The position numbers were made by a program, and so were the translations under genes. DNA of 64,000 bases from Paludibacteraceae bacterium. Its GTDB lineage: Bacteria; Bacteroidota; Bacteroidia; Bacteroidales; Paludibacteraceae. Under the pieces are notes generated by a model that saw only the letters and a list, made by a program, of their open reading frames with translations, had not been told where the DNA came from and did no database searches. How positions within the stretch are numbered: position 1 is the first letter of the stretch; every line of letters begins with the position of its first letter. This document shows positions 11,586-21,665 of this stretch, one piece after another. The DNA is taken from assembly GCA_017412245.1 (NCBI GenBank), contig JAFPYI010000023.1, positions 12,288 through 76,287 of the forward strand, written 5' to 3'.

Positions 11586-13981
11586 TTTCTCTTTTATTAG
11601 CAATAAGTACGCTCTTGACCAGTTGGCAATTTCGTCAAGAGCCGTCTGAACAGATGCCTAATGCCGATACCACTTGGCATGAAGTGCGTATTCCTCACGA
11701 TTGGTCCATTAGCGGTCCTTTTGACAGAGCGAACGATTTACAAGAAGTGATTGTCGTTCAAAACGGAGAGAAGGAACCAACGTGGAAAACCGGTCGTAGT
11801 GGTGGTCTGCCTTGGATGGGAAAAGGACACTATCGCACGCGTGTGAAAGTAAATAAGGAAAAATTCTACACGCTGGTCTTCGATGGCGCGATGAGTCATG
11901 CTGATGTGTATGTGAATGGCGAAGAAATGGTGTATTGGCCATACGGATACAATACATTCGATTGCTATATTCTGCCCCACCTCATCACAAGCGATAGTGT
12001 GGATATTGATGTCTTTTTAGAAAATAAACCACAACAAAGTCGTTGGTATCCGGGAGCCGGTTTATACAGAAATGTTCATTTAGTAGAGAGCCATCCTATT
12101 CATATTCCGACATTTGGCATAATGATTCGCACGCCAAAAGTAAGTCGCCATCAAGCACAAATCACCGTTGAAGTAGAATTACAAAACGGAGTGGATAGCA
12201 TCTCTGCGCAAGCAGCAGGAGTGGAGATCAAAACCGAAATTTGGCACGAAGGAGTGATTGTTGCCACAGCAATGGGACAAAAGGCTGTAACAGAAGTTAA
12301 TCTGCCGCAACTCTGGAGTCCGGAAACACCTAATTTATATACCGCTCGCACGCTTGTGATGCGTGACGGACAAATCTTAGATGAGCAAGAGACTCGATTT
12401 GGAATTCGTAGTATCAAATACACTCCGGAACACGGATTTCAGTTAAATGGTCAAACGCGCAAATTCAAAGGCGTTTGTCTGCATCATGATTTAGGTCCGC
12501 TCGGCGTTGCCGTCCATAAAGATGCATTACGCCATCAACTAACGATGCTCAAAAAGATGGGTTGTGATGCTATCCGCACCAGTCATAATATGCCGGCGCC
12601 GGAATTAGTGGAGTTATGCGACGAGATAGGAATGATGATGATGGTAGAACCATTTGACGTATGGAATCATGGCAAGACCGATAATGATTATCATGTAGAA
12701 TTCGACGATTGGTGGCGATGGGATATCACGAATATGGTAAAACACTATCGCAACAATGCGTCTGTAATGATGTGGTCAAGCGGAAACGAAGTATGGAATC
12801 AAGTATTGCCGGACGGAATAGAAATAGTCACACAACTACAAGACCTCTTCCATCAACTCGATCCTACTCGTCCTGTGACCAACGGAATGGACCAAGCCAT
12901 GCATATTATCCATAATGGTTTTGGCGCAGCTGTTGAATTGCCGGGACTGAATTATCGTACAGGTCGTTATTTGGAGGCATTCGAATTCCTACCGCAGAAA
13001 ATGATTTTAGGTAGCGAAACTGCCTCTACTGTTTCCAGTCGTGGTGTTTACAAGCTGCCTGTAGTCATTCGTCCGGACGCTATATACAACGACAATCAAT
13101 CATCCGGTTATGATGTGGAATATTGCGCATGGTCCGGCCTTCCGGAACAAGATTTTCAACTGCAAGATGACTATAATTGGACACTCGGACAGTTTGTTTG
13201 GACCGGTTTTGATTATTTAGGAGAACCGTCTCCGTACGACACGGACGCATGGCCAAGCCATAGTAGTTATTTCGGAATTATCGACTTAGCGTCTTTGCCT
13301 AAAGACCGTTACTGGCTCTACCGCAGTCAATGGAATACAGAAGAGCCAACATTACATATTTTACCGCATTGGAATTGGTCCAAAGGCGATATTGTGCCTG
13401 TGTTCTGCTATACCAATTATCCTGAGGCAGAATTGCGTGTAAACGGCAAGAAATACAGTCGTTTACGCCATGCCACAGCAGAAGAGAGTGAACGATTGGC
13501 ACAAGGCGAATCGATTAAGGGCGTAAGCGAAATGCCGCAAGTAGGCCAATTTGAGATACCTGAATGGGGTTCAGCTCCTCGTCCGGAATTATTGCCAAGA
13601 TACAGATTGATGTGGTTTAATGTGCCTTATAAGAAAGGAAAAATAGAAGTAATAGCGTATGACGAGAATGGCAAGAAAGTCGACAAACAAGTCATTCGCA
13701 CGGCCGGTAAACCGCACCATTTAGAAGTTATTTGGGCCAATGAGGACGAGAATCCGGAAGAATTATGCTATATGACAATAAGAGTTGTGGATAAGAAAGG
13801 GAATCTCTGTCCGTTTGCCGATAATTTAATTACATACGAAGGAGACGGTTTTGTGGCTGCTGCCAATGGAAATGCCGCTTGTTTAGACAGTTTTGGAGAA
13901 CCACGGATGCATGCTTTCGCAGGACAATGTACGTTTATCGTAAAGAAAGGCAGTAAGGGTTCCTTCCAACTGGTTAAATAG
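11582..13981 (+). CDS. glycoside hydrolase family 2 protein, probable beta-galactosidase
   Basis: 799 aa. GH2 sugar-binding, Ig-like and TIM-barrel order. Motifs GVCLHHDLGPLG...AIRTSHN and WSSGNEV (acid/base region). Operon context with galK and galM. Confidence 0.82.
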   Translation: MISLLLAISTLLTSWQFRQEPSEQMPNADTTWHEVRIPHDWSISGPFDRANDLQEVIVVQNGEKEPTWKTGRSGGLPWMGKGHYRTRVKVNKEKFYTLVFDGAMSHADVYVNGEEMVYWPYGYNTFDCYILPHLITSDSVDIDVFLENKPQQSRWYPGAGLYRNVHLVESHPIHIPTFGIMIRTPKVSRHQAQITVEVELQNGVDSISAQAAGVEIKTEIWHEGVIVATAMGQKAVTEVNLPQLWSPETPNLYTARTLVMRDGQILDEQETRFGIRSIKYTPEHGFQLNGQTRKFKGVCLHHDLGPLGVAVHKDALRHQLTMLKKMGCDAIRTSHNMPAPELVELCDEIGMMMMVEPFDVWNHGKTDNDYHVEFDDWWRWDITNMVKHYRNNASVMMWSSGNEVWNQVLPDGIEIVTQLQDLFHQLDPTRPVTNGMDQAMHIIHNGFGAAVELPGLNYRTGRYLEAFEFLPQKMILGSETASTVSSRGVYKLPVVIRPDAIYNDNQSSGYDVEYCAWSGLPEQDFQLQDDYNWTLGQFVWTGFDYLGEPSPYDTDAWPSHSSYFGIIDLASLPKDRYWLYRSQWNTEEPTLHILPHWNWSKGDIVPVFCYTNYPEAELRVNGKKYSRLRHATAEESERLAQGESIKGVSEMPQVGQFEIPEWGSAPRPELLPRYRLMWFNVPYKKGKIEVIAYDENGKKVDKQVIRTAGKPHHLEVIWANEDENPEELCYMTIRVVDKKGNLCPFADNLITYEGDGFVAAANGNAACLDSFGEPRMHAFAGQCTFIVKKGSKGSFQLVK

Positions 13982-14080
13982 AGACATTCAAAAATCACGG
14001 GATAATATACCATGTATATTATAGGTATAAGCGGGATACGTTAAAACCAGGTAATACATAGGTAACGCATAGCAAACAAA

Positions 14081-14112
14081 TAGCTCGGGCATTTCACCCG
14101 AGCTATTTTTTG
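14081..14112. terminator. bidirectional rho-independent terminator between the convergent GH2 and CBM-protein genes
   Basis: Stem TAGCTCGGG (14081-14089), loop CATTTCA, stem CCCGAGCTA (14097-14105), followed by TTTTTT on the plus strand. An A-rich run precedes the hairpin, which gives a T-rich tail on the minus strand. Confidence 0.6.
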
Positions 14113-14165
14113 TGAGCCTACCCCATCCCCTCCCTGAAGGGAAGGGCTGAAGTATAGCATTTTTT

Positions 14166-15458
14166 TTAGCGAACTTGTGTACCTTGAGCGTTGTACATCT
14201 TGTTGTCACGAATGATGTAGAGAACACCATCTACAACAACTTTCTGTGCTTTCTCGGTTAGAGTAACGTTCTCGATTCCTTGAGCTTCTACAGTCCATTT
14301 GTACAAATCAGGATCAGAGAGGTCAACTGTAGCCTCAGTACCTTCTGCAGTTGCTAAGAAGTCAACCATTTTGAGGTTACCCATAGCTTCCCATTCTTCA
14401 GAAGCATTAAGAACCATGATTTGGTTGTCCCAAGTGCCTTTTTGACGGAACTTGAAGCCATCTGTAGATCTTGCATTAGCTACAGTAACCGTCCATTCGC
14501 CCTCAGCAAATGTCATCTCGTCACCAGCCCAGCTATTCCAATCACCCATAGCCTCTATACCTTCAGCAGGAGCACCTTCCGGAGCGAGAAGTGTGATAGT
14601 GATGTTACGAGCCTCTTCAGGAGCGGTACATACAGTCCATTGATACTTGCCATCTTCCCAATATTCAAATACAAGAGTAGTATCTTTTGTTGCTACCGGT
14701 AATGGAATATTGCTGAAGTTCTTCCAACCATCGTTTTCTTCATCGTAATACTGCAACTCATTATTCCATTTCAAATTGAGATCGAAGAACTTAAACGCGT
14801 GCTCTTCTTCATCCTCAATTACATAGACGTAAGCTTCATCACCTTCATAAGTAGTTTTGTTCATCTCTGTACCAGCCCAACCATCAAAATTACCAACAAT
14901 AGCCGGAGTAACATACTCACACTCAGGAGCGAAGAGAACAATTGTGTACTTGTGCTTTGGTATTTCTACACAAGGAGTCTTATGAGCTTTCCAATAAGCA
15001 ATCTCATACACATAGAAACCTGCACTGGGGAATGTTACATTTGCTTCATTCTCATAGCCATCTTCAATGGTAGCAGTTCCTGTTCCGTCGCCACCTTTGT
15101 TGATCCAAGCATTTTTATCACCTGCTTGATAATCCCAACCGGAGAAGCTATTGTCTTTCAATTGGAGCGGTTTTGCTTGGAAATTAGCAGAATAAGTAGC
15201 AGAAGCCACATACCAACCATCATAGCCGGTTACAGCCTCGAACGTAGTACATTTAGTAGGGTCATCAGACCATTCGTTGTAGGAACCTGCGAGCACTACA
15301 TCGTTACACGGAGCAACATCGAAATAGCAGCAGAGGATAACATCGGTAGCCGCATTTCCATACTCAGACAGAACAGCCGTAGTAGGCACGGTTTCCAGAG
15401 ATGCAAACATGCTAACGCTCATGAGCGCAGCAGCCATAAATGCATAAATCTTTTTCAT
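14166..15458 (-). CDS. secreted glycan-binding protein with three CBM-like modules, in the SusE/F position of the PUL
   Basis: 430 aa. It has a signal peptide with no lipobox Cys. Three spaced G-x-[YFW]-[ND]-x-W modules (AGSYNEWSDD, GNFDGWAGTEM, GDWNSWAGDEM) resemble starch/glycogen-binding CBMs. It lies directly downstream of susD. It carries a short C-terminal tail KVVVDGVLYIIRDNKMYNAQGTQVR. Confidence 0.55.
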   Translation of the reverse strand: MKKIYAFMAAALMSVSMFASLETVPTTAVLSEYGNAATDVILCCYFDVAPCNDVVLAGSYNEWSDDPTKCTTFEAVTGYDGWYVASATYSANFQAKPLQLKDNSFSGWDYQAGDKNAWINKGGDGTGTATIEDGYENEANVTFPSAGFYVYEIAYWKAHKTPCVEIPKHKYTIVLFAPECEYVTPAIVGNFDGWAGTEMNKTTYEGDEAYVYVIEDEEEHAFKFFDLNLKWNNELQYYDEENDGWKNFSNIPLPVATKDTTLVFEYWEDGKYQWTVCTAPEEARNITITLLAPEGAPAEGIEAMGDWNSWAGDEMTFAEGEWTVTVANARSTDGFKFRQKGTWDNQIMVLNASEEWEAMGNLKMVDFLATAEGTEATVDLSDPDLYKWTVEAQGIENVTLTEKAQKVVVDGVLYIIRDNKMYNAQGTQVR

Positions 15459-15560
15459 AGGTTAAAAAATTAAATGTTAATAATGATAATGATTTTAATT
15501 AAATTTTGTTGATTAATATTATATTAATTGCATCAAAACTGACGTTTTGGATGTTTCTTA

Positions 15561-17231
15561 TTATTGAGCATAGGTATAACCGTCTCCGCCTTCCAATTGG
15601 GAAACCGACAAGACTTGTGTTTTGAAGTTCGGGTTCACACGCTTGTCATCTGACGGGATTGGGAACCAGTTCCATTTTTCGTCCATAGGTTTGAACGTAG
15701 GCGAGCCTGCACGTCCTTCCCATTGATAACTATTCTCATCAGCTTTCGGTCCTGCAAAGCGGTGGAAACGGATGAGGTCTGTACGACGACGTCCTTCTCC
15801 CCAGAACTCGCGGCTCCACTCATCACAGAGTACTCCCAAATCGATAGACGTAAGCGGAGTTGCTTTTGCTCTTTTTCTGATAGTGGTGTTAATCAGATTC
15901 ATCGCGCCTTGCTCATCACCGGTACGGAACATAGCTTCTGCTTTGGTGAGGTAAGCCTCAGCAATACGCATGAACGGGATATCTGTATCCGCCCACTCAG
16001 AGTGTGAACCTTTTACTTGGCTGAGACTATCGGATGTTGAATAAACCGCTGTGAATTTCGGGCAAGCCCAAGAAGCATAGAAATCAGCAGCAGAACCGCC
16101 TGACAATTTCCATTTATTCGGATTGCCTTCTACATAAGAGCAAAGGATAGCTCGGTCATCACCTGCCAGAGCCGGCATTTCATATTCATTCGCCTTGATA
16201 GACGTAGCAGCTGATACATTGAAGAATTTACCGACGAGTTCCGGCGAAGAGCGGAAACATTTCCAGTTCATAGAACATCCCCAAGGTGTCATACCACCAT
16301 CACGCATAGCAGCAATCACAAACGGAGAACCGCAATAAGAGATACAATAGTTACCATCTTGGTAGATGAGCAGAACAGCTTCTTGTTGTGCACCATTGAC
16401 ATCATTGTCACCCATAAAGAGTTGTTGATATGCCGAGAAACGTGTGCCATCCGGACAAACTACATCCTTTTCATAAAGTGAATAACCACCTTTGATAGCA
16501 TTATCTGCAGCCGCTAAAGCCTCCGGCCATTTAGCAGTACCCGTATAAATCTCTGCATTCAAATAGAGACGAGCCAAAAGCAACCACGCTGCTGTTTGGT
16601 CAACGCGATAGAGTTGCAAACGCGTAGCCGGAAGAGCCGTTGTCAAGTCTTTCAGTTCAGTTTCCAACCAAGTGAACAACTGAGTACGAGAAACAAACTC
16701 CGGATAATCAAAACTCTCCTTATCCTGGAATGGGATATACTTGAACATATCAATCATATACCAGTAGTTCAGCGCACGGATGAAACGAACCTCAGCCGCT
16801 TGTTGCATTCCTTTTGTATCTGATTGGTCTGCATACTCAAGGAAGTGATTGCAATACTTAATCACGATGATGAAACGGTCGTAGAGCATTTTGACAAGTG
16901 CGTTATCGCCATTCCATGACATAATCTTAGCCTCAGCTACACCTGCATCATCCCAAATCCACCAACCTTCATCAGTTGGGAATTCGTTCAGTTCCCACAT
17001 CACGCGATAGAATCCAGATGCACCTTCGTCCGCTCCGGAGATATCCGGTGAACCTGCAGAACCTTGCTGACCCGTTGTAGCGAGTGTTGCATAGATTTTG
17101 GTAAATAATGCATCTTGATTGAAACCGGTTGTGGAGTGCTTATCAATAGGCGTTGTGTTCAAATCTTGTACACATGAAGCCATCGTAACGGCTACAAAAG
17201 CCAGAGCCACATATTTTACTATATTTTTCAT
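15561..17231 (-). CDS. susD: SusD/RagB family nutrient-binding outer-membrane lipoprotein
   Basis: 556 aa. Lipoprotein signal (VAVTMASC). SusD-like TPR core (ALNYWYMIDMF, RLYLNAEIYTG, AEAYLTKAEAMFRTGD, EFWGEGRRRTDLIRF). Immediately downstream of susC. Confidence 0.92.
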   Translation of the reverse strand: MKNIVKYVALAFVAVTMASCVQDLNTTPIDKHSTTGFNQDALFTKIYATLATTGQQGSAGSPDISGADEGASGFYRVMWELNEFPTDEGWWIWDDAGVAEAKIMSWNGDNALVKMLYDRFIIVIKYCNHFLEYADQSDTKGMQQAAEVRFIRALNYWYMIDMFKYIPFQDKESFDYPEFVSRTQLFTWLETELKDLTTALPATRLQLYRVDQTAAWLLLARLYLNAEIYTGTAKWPEALAAADNAIKGGYSLYEKDVVCPDGTRFSAYQQLFMGDNDVNGAQQEAVLLIYQDGNYCISYCGSPFVIAAMRDGGMTPWGCSMNWKCFRSSPELVGKFFNVSAATSIKANEYEMPALAGDDRAILCSYVEGNPNKWKLSGGSAADFYASWACPKFTAVYSTSDSLSQVKGSHSEWADTDIPFMRIAEAYLTKAEAMFRTGDEQGAMNLINTTIRKRAKATPLTSIDLGVLCDEWSREFWGEGRRRTDLIRFHRFAGPKADENSYQWEGRAGSPTFKPMDEKWNWFPIPSDDKRVNPNFKTQVLSVSQLEGGDGYTYAQ

Positions 17232-17272
17232 ATTATTATGAGTTTTCAGTTTTTAGTAATCCGTTATCAACT

Positions 17273-20200
17273 TTAGAATTGTAGATTAACACCTAATACA
17301 GTAGTCATAGAACGCGGATAGATGTTGTTGTCTATACCACCGAACACCTCAGGATCCAATCCTGAATAACGAGAGATGACAAACGGGTTGCTGACCGTAC
17401 AGAATACACGACCAGAAACAACCGGGCGTTTGAATGACCAACCTAACGTGATATTATCACAACGAAGGAATGACGCATTCTCTACGAAATAATCAGTAGC
17501 ATACCACTCTCCAAACTTCTGTGTACCTGCTTCATCAGAATAAAGTCCATCTGTACGCATGTTGTCCACATAATAAGTTGTGAAGCACTCACGTAAGATT
17601 CCGGACATATAATTATTCTTATTAAAGTTGTCACGTGTGAGGTTCTGCAGACTGCTTGCCTTAACATCGTTGTAAACATAGTTGCCAATGTTCGCACGGA
17701 ATGACATACCAAGGTCGAAATCATAGAATTGGAATTTCATCTGGAATCCCATTGTGACAGGAGCAGCCGGATTGTGGTAATGATACTTATCATTCTCATC
17801 AATCTTTCCATCATTATTGCGATCTACAACATACCAATATTTGGTACCATCCTCACGATAGTTGCATGCCGATTCATAAACATAGAACGAAGACGCAGCA
17901 TGACCTTTGGCGTGTTGCTGTACAGTATTACCCATACCGGAACTGATTCCACCCGTGTTAACAGGAGCTTCATCTTCTCCGTTGTTCAAACGGATAATTC
18001 TGTTTTGATTCCAAGTAACATTGTATCCAAGGTCCCATTTGAATTTACGTCCTAAGTCAAGAACAACAGCATTCAGCGAGAACTCAATACCTTGGTTCGA
18101 AAGAGCACCAACGTTAGACATAATATAGTTACTAAAGTTTGTACCTGCGGCTACACGAACGCTATTGAGCAAATCGTCTGTTTGACGATAGTAGTAATCA
18201 ATAGCACCGGAAACACGGTTGTTGAGGAAGGAGAAATCAATACCGGCGTTATAAGTCGTTGTTTTCTCCCAAGTCAAACTATGATTGTATCCTTCCGGAC
18301 GATAGCTATAATAAAGGACATTTCCGTTTTGGTCAATCACATATTGTCCCTCCGCCGGATTCAGGACATTTGCGTCCTTATCTTCCGTAGCATAGTTGTC
18401 TCCACCTACAGGATAGTAAGCTCCGTAATTGATAGTTTTGGTATATTTAGCCAAGTACGGGTAATCACCAATACCTTCTTGCTGACCTGTGATACCATAA
18501 CCAAGACGAAGTTTGAAATCATCCAACCAGTTAACATCCTTGAAGAAAGTCTCTTTGATCTTCCAACCTAATGCTACAGAAGGGAAATAGCCCCATCTAT
18601 TCTCTTTGGCAAAACGAGACGAACCATCAGCACGGAAAGTTGCGGTAATCATCAATTGGTTCCAACCGATATAATTGATACGGCCGAAGAAGGAAACCAG
18701 ATAACTCTCTGTTTTGCTTTCACCTGTTTGGAAGTTAAATTGTGTTCCTGCAAGAGGATTGCCTTCTTTATCCAGTTTTGTACAAGTAGGTTGATATAAA
18801 CCATTACCTTCGCTGAAGTAATCATTGTAGAAATGTTGCCACTCATAACCAATCATCGCATCGAAATGCTGATTCTCATTGAAATCTTTATAGTATTGAG
18901 CGGTTGCGTTGAATTGGAGGTTATATTTATGCTTTACTTCATAACCTTCCCATCCATAATAGTGGTTTGCAGCACCCGTCGGCAAATTGCGTGATACTTG
19001 TTTACCACAGGAATAATCTGCACCAAAATTAGCATGGAGACGCAAGTCTTCAAAACCATGAATCTTATAATCTGCCTCGATGTTTCCAACAAAGGCACCG
19101 GAATTAGCGATGGATGATTGCTGGTTGAGCGCAGACACAGGGTTCATCGTTGTATTGTCCTTCGGTTTGAGTGTCCAGAAAGGATCACTATAAGCAGCCT
19201 CTGATGTAGGTTGGAAATAACCGCCGAACATATTCTGCGAATCTTCGTCAGAGAGAAGTACATCTCCGTAAATTCCCGTTGAACCGCCTCTAACAGGTTG
19301 TGTCGGGTCCATAGAAAGAGAAGCACCAACCACTCCCGGTTCGTAACTATTATAGATATACATTCCCTTTGCATTCAAATTGAATGTCAAGTGATTATCA
19401 AGGAACGAAGGATTAAGATTGAGCGCTGCAGTAACACGCTGCATTTGCGAAGACTTGATAGTACCATTATTGAGCGTATAACCAATGGATGCGCGATAAG
19501 GCATATGTTTGGTACCACCCATGAGCGAGATATTATGGTCCGTAGAAACCGCTGTGCGGTATACTTGGTCTTGCCAATTGGTGTTGGCTGTTCCAAGATA
19601 TTTCATTTCTTCCTTAGAATAACCGAGTGCCATAGCATAAGCGCGTACTTCATCTCCTGTAAGTGTTTGGAGTTTGTTAGTAAGCGTACCGAAAGAGACA
19701 TTACCATCATAAGTCACTTTCAGTTTTTGTCCTGCGGAACCTTTCTTCGTTGTAATGATGATGACACCATTGGAAGCACGCGAACCATAAATAGCGGTAG
19801 CGGAAGCATCCTTGAGGACCGTAAAGGTTTCAATATCCGAAGGGTTGACCATTGAAAGCGGGTTTGCAGCACCCGGAATACCATTATTATCCATTGCCAG
19901 ACCATCGATGACGATAAGCGGGCTGTTGGATGCATTCAAAGATGAACCACCACGAATACGGATAGTAGAACCACCACCCGGTGTACCACCATCGCTTGTT
20001 ACAGCCACACCGGCAATCTTACCGGAAATCATCTCTTGTGCGTTGGTTTGCAGACCTTTGTTCATGTCATCAGGTTTGATAGCTGTTACAGAACCGGTAG
20101 CATCGTTCTTTCGAACAACACCATAACCGACAACAACTACTTCATCCAATAACTCTGAGTCCTCGCCCAAACGAACATTCATAGACGGCGCAGCATCGAG

Positions 20201-20455
20201 TTCCTGTGTTTTGTATCCCATGTACGAGATTTGCAGTTTTGCTCCGCTCTGTACATTAAGTGTAAAATTACCGTCAAAATCAGTAATTGTACCATTGGTA
20301 GTACCTATTTCCAAAATAGAAGCTCCAATGATAGGTTCGCCATTGGCTGCGTCAGTAACAACACCTTTCACAGCCACTTGTGCGTAAGTAGTCATGCCTA
20401 ACAAAAGCAAGGCAGACATCAATAAGGCGCGTAAATTAAGCATATCTTTTTTCAT
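17273..20455 (-). CDS. susC: SusC/RagA family TonB-linked outer-membrane transporter
   Basis: 1060 aa. Signal peptide, then a carboxypeptidase-regulatory-like domain (VKGVVTDAANGEPIIGASI). SusC plug signature (ISGKIAGV...IRIRGGSSLNASNSPLIVIDG...NPSDIETFTVLKDASATAIYGSRASNGVIIITTKKG). Terminal ...LGVNLQF. Confidence 0.95.
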   Translation of the reverse strand: MKKDMLNLRALLMSALLLLGMTTYAQVAVKGVVTDAANGEPIIGASILEIGTTNGTITDFDGNFTLNVQSGAKLQISYMGYKTQELDAAPSMNVRLGEDSELLDEVVVVGYGVVRKNDATGSVTAIKPDDMNKGLQTNAQEMISGKIAGVAVTSDGGTPGGGSTIRIRGGSSLNASNSPLIVIDGLAMDNNGIPGAANPLSMVNPSDIETFTVLKDASATAIYGSRASNGVIIITTKKGSAGQKLKVTYDGNVSFGTLTNKLQTLTGDEVRAYAMALGYSKEEMKYLGTANTNWQDQVYRTAVSTDHNISLMGGTKHMPYRASIGYTLNNGTIKSSQMQRVTAALNLNPSFLDNHLTFNLNAKGMYIYNSYEPGVVGASLSMDPTQPVRGGSTGIYGDVLLSDEDSQNMFGGYFQPTSEAAYSDPFWTLKPKDNTTMNPVSALNQQSSIANSGAFVGNIEADYKIHGFEDLRLHANFGADYSCGKQVSRNLPTGAANHYYGWEGYEVKHKYNLQFNATAQYYKDFNENQHFDAMIGYEWQHFYNDYFSEGNGLYQPTCTKLDKEGNPLAGTQFNFQTGESKTESYLVSFFGRINYIGWNQLMITATFRADGSSRFAKENRWGYFPSVALGWKIKETFFKDVNWLDDFKLRLGYGITGQQEGIGDYPYLAKYTKTINYGAYYPVGGDNYATEDKDANVLNPAEGQYVIDQNGNVLYYSYRPEGYNHSLTWEKTTTYNAGIDFSFLNNRVSGAIDYYYRQTDDLLNSVRVAAGTNFSNYIMSNVGALSNQGIEFSLNAVVLDLGRKFKWDLGYNVTWNQNRIIRLNNGEDEAPVNTGGISSGMGNTVQQHAKGHAASSFYVYESACNYREDGTKYWYVVDRNNDGKIDENDKYHYHNPAAPVTMGFQMKFQFYDFDLGMSFRANIGNYVYNDVKASSLQNLTRDNFNKNNYMSGILRECFTTYYVDNMRTDGLYSDEAGTQKFGEWYATDYFVENASFLRCDNITLGWSFKRPVVSGRVFCTVSNPFVISRYSGLDPEVFGGIDNNIYPRSMTTVLGVNLQF

Positions 20456-20461
20456 GGCATA

Positions 20462-21625
20462 TTAGTCGTTTTTAAGGTTATATGTTTCTCCTTGATAATC
20501 TACCACACCTTTGCTGATAACAAATCCGGAGAGCGAAAGAGTCTGGAAATCTTTTTCCGTATCTTTTTGTTCGTTTGTGACTTCAACTCCGGCTTTCTCT
20601 TCAGTATATTTGAGAGTAGAAGCGCCTGAAAGAAGAACATCAAATGTACGTCCGTTAATAATAGACTGGATAGTCCATTCTACTTCCGGCATGGTAAAAG
20701 TAGAGTCTTTCACGATAGCTTTATTGCTAGTAGGATCTGTATAAACCTCTTCCGTCAATTCTACATAACGATAAGCGAACGAACCGATATTTCTAGTTCC
20801 TTCTCTTTTGAGAGCAATCGTACCACGTGCTACATTCAGCGGACCTACGTTTCTCATTTCTACAATCGTGTCCACAGAGGAAACGAGGAAAGTAATACCA
20901 TGTTTACCTGCATTTTTACCACGTTTGGCAGCTATGGTATCTACTATCACCAAGTCCACTAATTCGCCTGTAACGGAGTCTATGTGTGCGCTTGCTACGT
21001 TACCGAACTTACGAATATACCATTTGATGGTATCGGAATATGCTGCCAAATCGCTGAGATATTGTGCTTTTGCCGAAGCTGTATCTTCCGGCGCATAATA
21101 AGCCACATCCGATGTCCACTTGAGATAAGGAATAGAATCCTCTCTCTGGTAGTAAAGGGTGTCGTCTAAGATGAATGTGACATCTTGCAAACTCTCATCC
21201 AACGTAGCAGAGGTTGTAGCGGTTGAATTTGCCACTTTAACCGTAGCGTAAGAAGGAAGATACAAGACTCCGTCCGTCCACAAAAGATTTTCCGTGGTGG
21301 CATCCTCAAACGTAACCGTAACATCCATTCCCAAATTGATTTCGGACATTGACGAATTCCACGTTAATGTTTTTTTGTTGTCTTGAACAGTACCATTTCC
21401 CGTTGTACGTTGTTGGTAGTAACCTGTTCCATCCTTTGCGAGATTCCATTCATAGAAAGTGGTACTCATCGTTGTTGAGTCTACAGCCGTGTAGACATAA
21501 GTTCCCACCAGTGTTTTTTGCGCCAATTGCTCATCGACAGCAAACAGATCGGTTTTATCCTTTCTGCATCCTACCATGCCGAAGAGCGCCAAAGCACATA
21601 CACATACAAGTAGTTTGTTTCTCAT
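20462..21625 (-). CDS. lipoprotein of unknown function encoded between the MFS transporter and susC
   Basis: 387 aa. Lipoprotein signal MRNKLLVCVCALALFGMVGC. Thr/Ser/Asp-rich. No family recognised. It ends 6 nt before the susC start. Confidence 0.55.
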   Translation of the reverse strand: MRNKLLVCVCALALFGMVGCRKDKTDLFAVDEQLAQKTLVGTYVYTAVDSTTMSTTFYEWNLAKDGTGYYQQRTTGNGTVQDNKKTLTWNSSMSEINLGMDVTVTFEDATTENLLWTDGVLYLPSYATVKVANSTATTSATLDESLQDVTFILDDTLYYQREDSIPYLKWTSDVAYYAPEDTASAKAQYLSDLAAYSDTIKWYIRKFGNVASAHIDSVTGELVDLVIVDTIAAKRGKNAGKHGITFLVSSVDTIVEMRNVGPLNVARGTIALKREGTRNIGSFAYRYVELTEEVYTDPTSNKAIVKDSTFTMPEVEWTIQSIINGRTFDVLLSGASTLKYTEEKAGVEVTNEQKDTEKDFQTLSLSGFVISKGVVDYQGETYNLKND

Positions 21626-21665
21626 AAATAGATTTATTTTTAGTTAATTATTTATGCTTTTGATT

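Noticed and set aside
14002-14022. Perfect 9-3-9 AT palindrome ATAATATAC-CAT-GTATATTAT just after the GH2 stop. There is a similar AT palindrome (ATTAATAT-T-ATATTAAT) between the CBM-protein gene and susD, around 15520.
   Set aside because: Purely A/T palindromes of this size are common by chance in AT-rich intergenic DNA, and there is no second copy or associated motif. The real terminator hairpin is at 14081-14105.
14127-14146. Small GC-rich imperfect hairpin CCCCTCCC-TGAA-GGGAAGGG in an AT-rich spacer downstream of the CBM-protein gene.
   Set aside because: It has one mismatch, no following T-run on either strand, and occurs once in the window. It may assist termination together with the adjacent hairpin, but I cannot support a distinct feature.
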